Source of the DNA: an uncultured Ignavibacteriales bacterium
GTDB taxonomy: Bacteria > Zixibacteria > MSB-5A5 > GN15 > FEB-12
Length of the DNA stretch: 64,000 bases
Reading direction: 5' to 3'
Assembly: GCA_964464605.1 (NCBI GenBank)
Contig: CAYXJN010000002.1
Coordinates: 1-64,000, forward strand
Numbering within the stretch: position 1 is the stretch's first letter; every line of letters starts with the position of its first letter. This document shows positions 31,640 to 40,849 of this stretch, in pieces. A program made the position numbers and the translations under genes. A model generated the notes under the pieces. It searched no databases. It saw only the letters and a list, made by a program, of their open reading frames with translations, and was not told where the DNA came from.

Positions 31640-32614
31640 TTATAGGATTCCCTGTGAGCGGAGAATTCGCTTTTGTGTATTGGCAATGCGTCGGTCTTTC
31701 ATAGCGCTCAAATACCATTCGACTGTTTTTACTAATCCATCTGAAAGCTTAACATTCGGATTATATCCAAGTTTCTTTTTGGCGAGTTTGATATCGCCGG
31801 TAAAATGAGAAATTTCCCCGGTGCGCTTTTTCCCGATTTTAATTCGAGAATCGGAATTGGTTAACTCAATAATCTGTTTCGCTATATCCTGAATCTTTTC
31901 ACCTTTACCGCTTGAGATATTAAAGGAAAGTCCGGCCACTGAATCAAAATGACGGATGATACTGACAAGTCCATCGACCGCATCATCGATCCAGGTGAAA
32001 TCGAGTTTCTTTTCTTTTCCGAATATGACAATGTCCCGGTTTCGCAGTGCATTGTGGAGATAGACCGGAATCACCCGTTCGGAGACATCATAACGGCCAT
32101 ACACATTCGACAGCCGTACAATCACCGGCTTGATGCCGTAACAGTGATGATAGGCATGCAGCAATCCCTCGCACCCTAACTTAGATGCCGTATATGGGGA
32201 GCGAACTAATGGCGGTGATACCGCCCCTTCCCTGCTTGCTTTGCCGGCCGGCGTTTCACCGTAGACTTCGCGGGAAGAGCTGAACAGTACCCGCTTTACC
32301 CCGGCTGCTTGGGCATACGCGAGAACATTGTAGGTCATCAAGTAGTTGTCTAAACTCTTTTTGGGATGCAGCACCAGCTCATGCACCCGGGCATTGGCCG
32401 CCAAATGAACTATCAAATCAGGTTTTTTGGGGAAAAGTTTGGGGGAAACGGTCTTACGAAGGTCGAAGCGGACCGTTTTTTTGTCGATTTCCTTGTCCCA
32501 GATAGTGGCTTTGATATCAAGCGGGATGATCTGATAACCAAGCTCACGAAGACGAATACACAAGGCAGTACCGACGGTTCCGGATGAGCCGGTTACAAGA
32601 ATACGTTTGCTCAT
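31640..32614 (-). CDS. NAD-dependent sugar epimerase/dehydratase (extended SDR)
   Basis: TGSSGTVG, HLAA, SSREVYG, YTASK. Confidence 0.92.
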   Translation of the reverse strand: MSKRILVTGSSGTVGTALCIRLRELGYQIIPLDIKATIWDKEIDKKTVRFDLRKTVSPKLFPKKPDLIVHLAANARVHELVLHPKKSLDNYLMTYNVLAYAQAAGVKRVLFSSSREVYGETPAGKASREGAVSPPLVRSPYTASKLGCEGLLHAYHHCYGIKPVIVRLSNVYGRYDVSERVIPVYLHNALRNRDIVIFGKEKKLDFTWIDDAVDGLVSIIRHFDSVAGLSFNISSGKGEKIQDIAKQIIELTNSDSRIKIGKKRTGEISHFTGDIKLAKKKLGYNPNVKLSDGLVKTVEWYLSAMKDRRIANTQKRILRSQGIL

Positions 32615-33036
32615 CTGGTGGTTCCGTCAGGAGTGCGTATCTGCCTGAGCCAATCCGAAGGATGAAAATGCAGTTTTGGCGCCTTAAGCTTATTATGAAT
32701 AAGCGTTATATAGATAAAGGCAATCACCCATCCGGCTGCTATCAATTCCGGAATATAGGAATCGATAAATCCGGCGCGGCGCATCAGATCGAGCAGATAG
32801 ACCGCGAACAGTTTGCTGAGAATAAAGAGCCGCGCCGTTAAGGCATTAGACAAAAAGGGCTGTCCACCCCATTTGTTGCGGTAGTAGTTCCAAAATCCGT
32901 TGAAATCATAGCCGCTTTCGTGGCGATGTTTTTCAAAACGGACAGTCAATTGCTGCAAGTGGTACATGACGTAGAGAATAATCATGACGATTACAATCTC
33001 TACCCAATAGGCTGCAATAAACGGGACGAAACTCAT
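32611..33036 (-). CDS. Hypothetical membrane protein
   Basis: 141 aa with 2-3 hydrophobic helices; ATGA overlap with the epimerase. Confidence 0.7.
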   Translation of the reverse strand: MSFVPFIAAYWVEIVIVMIILYVMYHLQQLTVRFEKHRHESGYDFNGFWNYYRNKWGGQPFLSNALTARLFILSKLFAVYLLDLMRRAGFIDSYIPELIAAGWVIAFIYITLIHNKLKAPKLHFHPSDWLRQIRTPDGTTR

Positions 33037-33079
33037 ATACGTATTATATCGACAGAACTAACTTTCGATACAAGCTTTC

Positions 33080-34378
33080 CTACGCGAATTGATACCCCAG
33101 TTTCTGCCATTTGGCATGATTCAGGATATGGAAATAGTCGTACACAATAACCGGCTTGACCGTTCGTTTCGGGGTTAGCTTGCGAAAAGCTGAGTGCGCC
33201 GTGCCGATGACAATAATCTGTGCGCCATGCATGGCAGCATGAACATCCCGAGCCGGTTCATATTGCCCTTCCCAGATACGAGCACCTTTTGGTAACAGCG
33301 GCTCATAGAATGTTACTTTGGCACCGCGACGAATCAGTTTATGTCCCAAGGCAACCGAACGCGAACCTCGGGTATCATCCAAATCCGGCTTAAATGCTGC
33401 ACCAAGAATCGCAACTTTCTTTCCTTTTAGTGTGCCAATACGTTTGGCTGCATCATCGATCAATCCATCCAACACCCGTTCATTAATAGACAACGCTGTC
33501 TTCGCAGTTTCAAATGAAAAACGGTTGCCTGCCTGATCGGAATTAATCAGGTGACAGTCCTTCGGTAAACAGGAGCCGCCGAAACCTAAACCGGGAGATA
33601 AATAACTCATTCCGACACGCGGATCCAACCCGACTCCGGTTTGAATTTTATCCATATCGAGCCCTTCTCGGCGGGCATAGAGCGCAATTTCATGAATGAA
33701 GGCGAGACGGTGAGACAAATAGAGGTTCGCGGCGAGTTTGATTAGCTCCGCTGATTTCCGGTCGCTAACAATAATCGGAACTTTTTTTGAATAAACTTTC
33801 CGATACAATGTTACCAGCGGCTCTGCTTGTTTATTTGAATCTGCGCCGATCACGATTCGCCAGGGTTTTTCTGTATCTTCAAAGGCGAAACCTTCGCGCA
33901 AAAATTCCGGATTGACCACAATCCCGGCCTGTTTTCCGTATTTGGTTTTGTCTAAAAGTTTTCTGAATAGTTCGGAAAAACCAAGCACGTTGGTCGATTT
34001 GAGAATGATGGTTTTCCTCGGTGATGCACTCTCCCCTATCCATTGGGCCAGGAGGTCGAAGGTGCCAAGCCGCATTTTCCAATCGAGATGATCGACTGAA
34101 TCGATAGCGATGTAAATCAACGAGGCATTATGATAGGCTTCAGGAGTCGGTTCGGCGACGGTCAGCTTGCCATTTCTGATTACCTTCGCGAGTTTCTTTT
34201 CCAAAAGCGGCTCGCTGAAATGGAGTTTCCGCCGTTTCAAAGAATCTATTATCTGGTCGTTTTTCTCGACAACAAGTACCGCTTCCCCTTTGTCCGCTAA
34301 ATAGACAGCAGTGGCAAGACCGACATAGCCGGCGCCGACAACAAGAATTTGCGGATGCTTATGAGCGTTTTTTTTCAT
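33080..34378 (-). CDS. UDP-glucose/GDP-mannose 6-dehydrogenase family
   Basis: GAGYVG, KST, NPEFLREG, AELIK, GFGGSCLPKD, FKPDLDDTR. Confidence 0.93.
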   Translation of the reverse strand: MKKNAHKHPQILVVGAGYVGLATAVYLADKGEAVLVVEKNDQIIDSLKRRKLHFSEPLLEKKLAKVIRNGKLTVAEPTPEAYHNASLIYIAIDSVDHLDWKMRLGTFDLLAQWIGESASPRKTIILKSTNVLGFSELFRKLLDKTKYGKQAGIVVNPEFLREGFAFEDTEKPWRIVIGADSNKQAEPLVTLYRKVYSKKVPIIVSDRKSAELIKLAANLYLSHRLAFIHEIALYARREGLDMDKIQTGVGLDPRVGMSYLSPGLGFGGSCLPKDCHLINSDQAGNRFSFETAKTALSINERVLDGLIDDAAKRIGTLKGKKVAILGAAFKPDLDDTRGSRSVALGHKLIRRGAKVTFYEPLLPKGARIWEGQYEPARDVHAAMHGAQIIVIGTAHSAFRKLTPKRTVKPVIVYDYFHILNHAKWQKLGYQFA

Positions 34379-34460
34379 CTTGTATGAACAAAAGTAAGGC
34401 GGAAGTATATAGGGAATATCAGGGAGTGCGCAAACGATTTAGCGGGAGAAAAAAAACAGA

Positions 34461-35393
34461 TCAGATAGGGTGTTCGTAGCCCCATTTGACGAGCTTGCGG
34501 GCTTCACGGAAACGGGTCTGGCTGGATGGGGCGCCTAATACGACCAGCAACATTCTATCTCCGCCCGGGCCTTTCTGAACCAATGTCGTCAGGCAATGAG
34601 CCGCCGCGTTGATAAAGCCGGTCTTTCCCGCCAGGACCTTGTACGGTGAGGCGATAAGGGCGTTGGTATTATGAATATTGAGAGTCCGGATACCTTTGCG
34701 CTTGTTGAGCAGATTACAGCTATAAGATTTCTTAGCCGTTATCGTAGCAATCAGTTTGTATTCATAGGCGGTGTGCATCAGCTGTGCCACCTCCAAAGCG
34801 GTGGATACATTGCCGGAATCCAAACCGGTTGGCTCATTGAAGCGAGTATTGACCAAGCCTAAATCGTGCGCTTTCAGATTCATCAGTTTTGCGAATTCGG
34901 CATTGGAGCCGACCACTGCTCGCGCTAACGCCCTGGTTGCCCGGTTATCCGACTGCATCAGCGAGGCATGCAGGAGATCCATCAGGGTCATTTTCGTTCC
35001 GACCCGCAGCTTGGATTTCGAGGAATTAAGCGCATCCTCTTTGGTGATAGTTTCGGTCTGGGACAAATTGATCCGGCTGTCAATGACCACCATTGCCGAC
35101 ATCAACTTGCTGATAGAGGCTATCGGTCTGACATTCTCCGGATTCTTGGCGTAGATGACTTTGCTTTTGTCGTAGTTGATTAAAACCGCTGATTCGACAC
35201 GGCATTTCAGATTGGTTTTAAGGGCATCCTCACAGTTATAGTGCACTCCAGAAACCGGGCGGACTGAGGCCTCCACTGTACCGGCATTTGCGGCGGTCTT
35301 TTCCAGTTCAAAATAGATATTATGGCTTGGGGATACCAAGGCCAGAATAACTAACAGATAGGGAACGAAACGGGTGAGCACTGCCTTCATCAT
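34461..35393 (-). CDS. Peptidase S11 D-alanyl-D-alanine endo/carboxypeptidase (PBP7-like)
   Basis: ASISKLM (SxxK), SDN, KTG. Confidence 0.92.
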   Translation of the reverse strand: MMKAVLTRFVPYLLVILALVSPSHNIYFELEKTAANAGTVEASVRPVSGVHYNCEDALKTNLKCRVESAVLINYDKSKVIYAKNPENVRPIASISKLMSAMVVIDSRINLSQTETITKEDALNSSKSKLRVGTKMTLMDLLHASLMQSDNRATRALARAVVGSNAEFAKLMNLKAHDLGLVNTRFNEPTGLDSGNVSTALEVAQLMHTAYEYKLIATITAKKSYSCNLLNKRKGIRTLNIHNTNALIASPYKVLAGKTGFINAAAHCLTTLVQKGPGGDRMLLVVLGAPSSQTRFREARKLVKWGYEHPI

Positions 35394-35409
35394 ATAAATA
35401 TATATCGTT

Positions 35410-36720
35410 TTATTGTTTCACCCACTTTAAAATTTCCGGCAAAGTTGGTCTTTTTCCATACATCAGAATACCGACCCGGAAAATTTTTGCCGTCAGCCAG
35501 ACCAAGAGGACTGTGGTCAGGGTAACCAGCACCACCCCGATGATAGCCTCTCCTATTATCCCTGAGAATGGGGACAGGTCGGTCGAGGTCGGCACAACGA
35601 AAATAAGGCGCATAAGCATCAGGGTCGGGGTGAATATAGGGATCAGTGAAAGGACCGTAGCCATAGTAGAGTTCGGTTCCTGAACAACGTGGGTCATCAG
35701 AATAAACGGAAGCATAAGTGACATAATGATCGGGAACATGAAATTCTGCGCTTCTTTTTCCTCATTTACTATCGAGCCGATAAGGGCGTAAAACGTCGAA
35801 TAGAGGAAATATCCGGAGACCAGGAACAGGATGAAAAAGGTCAGAATAGCCGGGTGAAACACGATTTTTTGAACGGCTGGCTGCTGGGCAAATGTACCGG
35901 TCATGCTGGAAATGCCGATACCAATGGCAATCCAGATACCTACCTGAGTCAGTGTAGCCGCACCCAGTCCCGCAATTTTACCGAGCATCAACTGGAACGG
36001 AGTTACCGAAGAAACCAGTACTTCCATGATACGGGAGTTTTTCTCTTCGATAATCGAGCGCATGACAAGCATACCGTACCCGATAATCATCATGTACATG
36101 ATCATGATGAAGCCGAACGATGCGAAATACTTCGAAGAGAACGAGATGCTTTCACCTGTTGCCGCTTTGGTAATCAGGTCGGGCTTTCTGGCCATGCTCA
36201 AAACGGAATCGATCGGAACATTGACATTCGCCTGCGCAAGGCGGATCGAAGACAGAATATCGGATGTCTTCTTTTCGAATCGGGCTACCGTTCGGAAATT
36301 TTCCGCATTTGTTATCAGGAAAAAGTTGCTGTCATTGATTTGTGCGCCGGGGCGGAAGACCATAACATATTTCACTGTCTTTTCATTAATACATTCAGCA
36401 AGAGAATCATGGACGACCTGATATCGGGCATTATCGTCAGCCGGGATTTCAAAAATCTGCTCAACGCCATAGTAGGGGGTAACGCTGTCATCCAGTTTGT
36501 ATGCTTTCAATGATTCGCTGAACTGCGTACCTAATTGCAAACCACTCTGATCGATAACCGCCAGTTTTTCGGTTTCAGTCGCCTTTTTACTCGCCAGTAG
36601 ACCGGGAATAATAGTAAAGGCGCCCAACAAAACCGGGGTGAATAACAGACCGAAGATAAAGGATTTCTTTTTGACGATCTGCGCATATTCCTGATTGAAA
36701 ATTATCCAGAACTTATTCAT
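35410..36720 (-). CDS. ABC-2 type exporter permease (NatB/YhaP-like)
   Basis: IIEEKNSRIMEVLVSSV, LMLGKI, C-terminal GILMYGKRP. Confidence 0.92.
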   Translation of the reverse strand: MNKFWIIFNQEYAQIVKKKSFIFGLLFTPVLLGAFTIIPGLLASKKATETEKLAVIDQSGLQLGTQFSESLKAYKLDDSVTPYYGVEQIFEIPADDNARYQVVHDSLAECINEKTVKYVMVFRPGAQINDSNFFLITNAENFRTVARFEKKTSDILSSIRLAQANVNVPIDSVLSMARKPDLITKAATGESISFSSKYFASFGFIMIMYMMIIGYGMLVMRSIIEEKNSRIMEVLVSSVTPFQLMLGKIAGLGAATLTQVGIWIAIGIGISSMTGTFAQQPAVQKIVFHPAILTFFILFLVSGYFLYSTFYALIGSIVNEEKEAQNFMFPIIMSLMLPFILMTHVVQEPNSTMATVLSLIPIFTPTLMLMRLIFVVPTSTDLSPFSGIIGEAIIGVVLVTLTTVLLVWLTAKIFRVGILMYGKRPTLPEILKWVKQ

Positions 36721-37646
36721 TCGCTCCCTCCTGCCGAGCGTTGGAATTCGGCCGGATCGATTTTAGCGGTGTCGATGAAAATGTCATACAACGACGGCTC
36801 CACCTGCGCAAAACTGCGGATTGTTACTTTATCGGCTATCGCCCGTAACAGGCCGTTAGTGTCGGTGCCGTTCTTGATCGTCAATTCGTAATAGTTGTTG
36901 AACTCAAGCATCTTCTCGACTCCGGGCAGCGTTTTCATGAAGGTGCCATCCCCCTCGAACTCGACATGAATCGAATTTTTGCCGAAGCGGGATTTTACTT
37001 CCGACATTCGTCCGTCAAGTACTTTGTGCCCCTTGGAAATCATAGCAACATATTCGCACAGCTTTTCGGCCTGTTCCATAACGTGGGTGGAAAACAGGAT
37101 CGTAGTTCCCTTCCGTTTCAACTCGAGGATAATTCCTTTGATGAGTTCCATATTGAGCGGATCAAGGCCGGAAAAGATTTCATCGAGGATGATGATATCA
37201 GGTTCATGCAGAACAGTGGTAACGAACTGGAGCTTTTGTTGCATCCCTTTGGACAGTTCCTGCACCTTTTTCTTTTTGTAATCGAGCAGATTGACGCGCT
37301 CAAGCCATGGGTCAATAGCCGGCATGATTTTGCTGTCAGGATAATCCTTTAACCGGGACATGTAGATGATGACCTCTTCGACGGTCATCTTTTTATAAAG
37401 ACCGCGCTCTTCCGGAAGGTAGCCGACGCGATTAACGAAACTTTGGTCTACCGGTTTTCCGTCCCACAACACGGCGCCGCTGTCTGGAATGGTGATATTC
37501 ATTATCATGCGGATGGTGGTAGTTTTCCCCGCCCCGTTCGGGCCGATGATGCCGTAGATAACGCCGTTGGGAACTTCAAGCGAGAGTTCGTTGACGGCAA
37601 CTTTATCTTCGAATTCTTTGCGTATCTTATCGAGTTTTAGTTTCAC
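36717..37646 (-). CDS. ABC transporter ATP-binding protein
   Basis: GPNGAGKTT, LSKGMQQ, ILDE, STH. Confidence 0.96.
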   Translation of the reverse strand: MKLKLDKIRKEFEDKVAVNELSLEVPNGVIYGIIGPNGAGKTTTIRMIMNITIPDSGAVLWDGKPVDQSFVNRVGYLPEERGLYKKMTVEEVIIYMSRLKDYPDSKIMPAIDPWLERVNLLDYKKKKVQELSKGMQQKLQFVTTVLHEPDIIILDEIFSGLDPLNMELIKGIILELKRKGTTILFSTHVMEQAEKLCEYVAMISKGHKVLDGRMSEVKSRFGKNSIHVEFEGDGTFMKTLPGVEKMLEFNNYYELTIKNGTDTNGLLRAIADKVTIRSFAQVEPSLYDIFIDTAKIDPAEFQRSAGGSE

Positions 37647-37761
37647 AGGCTCCTATCCTTTTGTGGCGGGAAATGTCTGATTATTCAACGAAATGGTCAA
37701 CAAGAAATGTCTCTGCGTTCATACAGAGTGATAACGCAGAAACCGGAAAATTGTTGCAGGG

Positions 37762-37905
37762 TCAGGAGTGATCGCGCTTGTGTTTCGTCGGTTTTTTAGG
37801 CTGCTGAAAACGGACACGACCGCATTCGGGACAAATCCATTTCCGCTGTTTATGAAAGGAGCGTTTCTCTTCCTTCATCGTCGCCTTGCACCGGGGACAG
37901 GTCAT
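37762..37905 (-). CDS. 47-aa basic Zn-finger microprotein, absent from the ORF track
   Basis: MTCPRCKATMKEEKRSFHKQRKWICPECGRVRFQQPKKPTKHKRDHS; starts 4 nt after the upstream stop. Confidence 0.75.
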   Translation of the reverse strand: MTCPRCKATMKEEKRSFHKQRKWICPECGRVRFQQPKKPTKHKRDHS

Positions 37906-37909
37906 AGCG

Positions 37910-38524
37910 TCACTTGGTCAGATGAAATGCTTGCGAATACAAAAATTCGAGCCGCCCGATAAGCGTCGACATGCGGGACATCACGGTGTATCCGAAGGTA
38001 GTGCCGAAAAATATCATCAGAATATACGTTCCGAATTTCGCCGAGCCTCCTAACACACCGGAATGTGCGCGGCTGAAAAAGAAATAGGAAAGGCAACCCA
38101 AGACACCGAGTAGCACGATGAGACCGGAGAAATTTACTCCTCCATCGGCAGCAACCAGTGGAACGACCGTTGCGGAAATTTGCTTAAGTGTGCGGGCATC
38201 GAGCATTGCCGGAATCGCAACCCCGGCGCCAGAACCGATCATAAGCGCGAGCGGAATGCGGGAGAGGGAAGCGGTTCTCGGATGAAAGCGCAGAAACATA
38301 CACAACCCTAATACTAACGGCAGAATCAGTGATAGTTTCCCTTCACCAAAGAGTGGTTTCAGTAACAAACCAATTATGGAAGCTTCCCAGATTATCACTA
38401 ATGTATAGCCGATCGAAAGGCCGATTAACAATGCCTCGGCCAGTTTATACAATGGATTATCCCGATAGAGAAAGGTGAAGATGGCCAGTGTTAAAATGAC
38501 AGCAACGATCGCTCCGAATTCCAT
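37910..38524 (-). CDS. Uncharacterised integral membrane protein (module gene D)
   Basis: About 6 TM helices; FTFLYRDNPLYKLAE, MIFFGTTFGYTVMSR. Confidence 0.85.
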   Translation of the reverse strand: MEFGAIVAVILTLAIFTFLYRDNPLYKLAEALLIGLSIGYTLVIIWEASIIGLLLKPLFGEGKLSLILPLVLGLCMFLRFHPRTASLSRIPLALMIGSGAGVAIPAMLDARTLKQISATVVPLVAADGGVNFSGLIVLLGVLGCLSYFFFSRAHSGVLGGSAKFGTYILMIFFGTTFGYTVMSRMSTLIGRLEFLYSQAFHLTK

Positions 38525-39330
38525 CAGTTTGTTCCTTTCCGTCGATTGCGGAAATAGATCCAGTTGCCGATTCCGATAAGCGCTAAGACATAAAAATGAG
38601 AAACCGATTGGGCCAGCATTCCGCGTGATCCGCCACCTGGCTGTTTCATGAGCGATTCATATTCGGCAGCCCCGCGAAGTCCAGCCATCATCGCTTTCAT
38701 TTGTCCTGAATTCAGATATGGGTCATACGTGGTCGCCATCGCCGCCGTTACCCCTGCAAGAACAGCAACGTGATAGCGCAGTCCGGCATATTCGATCCAG
38801 TGCTGGGTAGTGGAACCGTCGGTGATCGAAAGCACCGCGCTGATATCCTGATAATTTTTGAGATTCGCTGTTAGCGGTATCTCACCTATCGGCGTATTGA
38901 AATAATCATTCGGGAATACATTGCCGATTCCTTCCCCCATTCCCAGAATCGCTGCTACCACCTGCGGGCGAAAACCGAGATAGACATAATCGGTACCATA
39001 TTCTTTTTGGTATTCACGCGCCGTGCGTTCAAGTAGTCGATAGCCGATAACAGTTCCTTCCGCCAATAACGAAACGCCCACAACTCTGTGTCCTTTACTA
39101 AATGCATGTCGTAATAACGCCGATGAAATTGGTTCGATTTCCGGTGTTGCGGAGGCTTCATAATCAAATGAAACCATCAGCGTACTGCTCGGTGGGAGTG
39201 AATCGATATAGAGGTACAGGCGTTCGGTAGCCGGGGAGATTTTGATATCGGGTTGGGTCGGAATCAGCATAGTGGCAGTGAGCACGGCAAATAACCCGAG
39301 AAAGGCAAAGTGGCGGGTTTCCAGTTTCAT
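38524..39330 (-). CDS. Uncharacterised TM-alpha/beta-TM protein (module gene C)
   Basis: N- and C-terminal TM helices flank a soluble domain (FDYEAS, YGTDYVYLGF, GLRGAAEYE); ATGA overlap. Confidence 0.85.
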   Translation of the reverse strand: MKLETRHFAFLGLFAVLTATMLIPTQPDIKISPATERLYLYIDSLPPSSTLMVSFDYEASATPEIEPISSALLRHAFSKGHRVVGVSLLAEGTVIGYRLLERTAREYQKEYGTDYVYLGFRPQVVAAILGMGEGIGNVFPNDYFNTPIGEIPLTANLKNYQDISAVLSITDGSTTQHWIEYAGLRYHVAVLAGVTAAMATTYDPYLNSGQMKAMMAGLRGAAEYESLMKQPGGGSRGMLAQSVSHFYVLALIGIGNWIYFRNRRKGTN

Positions 39331-39947
39331 GCTCTTTCCCCTCCCAGCCATGTTCGCTCAATGCCGAGAATAACGCGCAATGAAGTGGTAAGTGAACCGA
39401 GTCCGATTCCCATCAGAATAGCACGACGGCCGGACATGGAAGGAACATCACGCACCCAATCGGCAATAGTCGAAATAACCGGAAGGCTGTCCCCGATACC
39501 GGAACGACTGAGCAGCATCAATACGGCGGCGCCAAGCAGAACTGCTGCCGGTAATGAGCGAGCGCGGAAACCGCGAAGTGATGCTGAAGCGACATAAAAG
39601 GCGAGCAATGCGAAGACGGTCGCCTGCATAGGAGCCTGCATATTTTCAAACAACCACATAAACGGTGAACCGATTTTGGTTCCCCAAATCATCGCCGTAA
39701 TCGGCATAGCGACAAGACCGGCCAATAACGTCAAACGATAGGAAACATCATCTGCTTTCCCCAACTCAACCGCATTATGCTTTACCACTCCGATAATCCC
39801 GACGATTAAGGTCATGGCAAAAATTATCTGCCAGTAATCAAGAATAGTGGTGTTAATGCTGCGCGCGATCGGATGCGGCGAAAAATACTGCAGCGCCATA
39901 ATAACGCCGAAAATCAGACATATAAAAAGCGGTAAGCGGCGACTCAT
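39327..39947 (-). CDS. Uncharacterised integral membrane protein (module gene B)
   Basis: About 6 TM helices; FYVASASLRGFRARS, RRAILMGIGLG, LRVILGIER; TAATG overlap. Confidence 0.85.
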   Translation of the reverse strand: MSRRLPLFICLIFGVIMALQYFSPHPIARSINTTILDYWQIIFAMTLIVGIIGVVKHNAVELGKADDVSYRLTLLAGLVAMPITAMIWGTKIGSPFMWLFENMQAPMQATVFALLAFYVASASLRGFRARSLPAAVLLGAAVLMLLSRSGIGDSLPVISTIADWVRDVPSMSGRRAILMGIGLGSLTTSLRVILGIERTWLGGERA

Positions 39948-40738
39948 TACCATTTCCACCATTGCGGCCAATCAACTACACCGGTTTGTGTAAGCGTGGC
40001 AGATATAACAGCCAAAAGTAAGAGCATAGCGATTATCATTTTCAAGATATCCTGCGCGCGGATCGATGCCAAAATAGATGGGTTGCCAGAAAGGTATCCG
40101 GATGCGGCGAATAGTTCCTCTCCTATAAGCGTGTAGTCGCAGGCGACGATGAAAAAGGCTAGCTGAATGGTCGAATCGGTTCCGGCAATTTGAATTGCTC
40201 CGACCGAGTTACCTGTTTCCGCCAGAATCAGCGATTCCGCTTCAAATGTCCCTAACAGAAAAATAGAGGCCGGTTTTTGACGGACGATTATCCCATCTAC
40301 AGCGGCCGCATAGCCGAATTGGGATGAAGAAACATACTGGGCATCATCCGATCGATACCGATCAGGATATCCGGCCCGTGCGCATGATTCCCTGATAACT
40401 TCCTGTGCAACGGCCAAAATAACCGGGTCATGGGTCGCAAAATAAAGACGGCAATCATACTGAGCTGTGCGTTCGGTAAGATTTCCTAAGATGTTCATGG
40501 CGGCGATTGTGGTGGGGCGCTGGATATCTCCTCCCCATCCGGGTGTAAACAAGACCGGGCGGTTCATTTCGGTGGCACGGCCGACGGCATCGTCAACTGC
40601 TTTCAGTCCGGCGATTTCCCGTATACTGAATTTCTTCCCCCGTTTGGCCTGATAGGTAACGTACAGCACGACCGAAACGGCAATGAGTGCGGCGACGAAG
40701 AGCGGCAATTTGGAAGGGTCGAGCCAGTCACCAATCAT
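39947..40738 (-). CDS. DUF6754-like membrane-anchored protein (module gene A)
   Basis: IREIAGLKAVDDAVGRATEMNRPV, AESLILAETG, GAIQIAGT, DYTLIGEELFAASGYL. Confidence 0.8.
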   Translation of the reverse strand: MIGDWLDPSKLPLFVAALIAVSVVLYVTYQAKRGKKFSIREIAGLKAVDDAVGRATEMNRPVLFTPGWGGDIQRPTTIAAMNILGNLTERTAQYDCRLYFATHDPVILAVAQEVIRESCARAGYPDRYRSDDAQYVSSSQFGYAAAVDGIIVRQKPASIFLLGTFEAESLILAETGNSVGAIQIAGTDSTIQLAFFIVACDYTLIGEELFAASGYLSGNPSILASIRAQDILKMIIAMLLLLAVISATLTQTGVVDWPQWWKW

Positions 40739-40849
40739 GTCGAGGAAAGTCCGTTTACCGGACGGTTGAAGCAAGATAAAGTTTTAGAGTTGACCCGCCG
40801 CGACTGCCGAAATACCTTTGGCAAAACGAAAATCTATGGTATAGACAGA

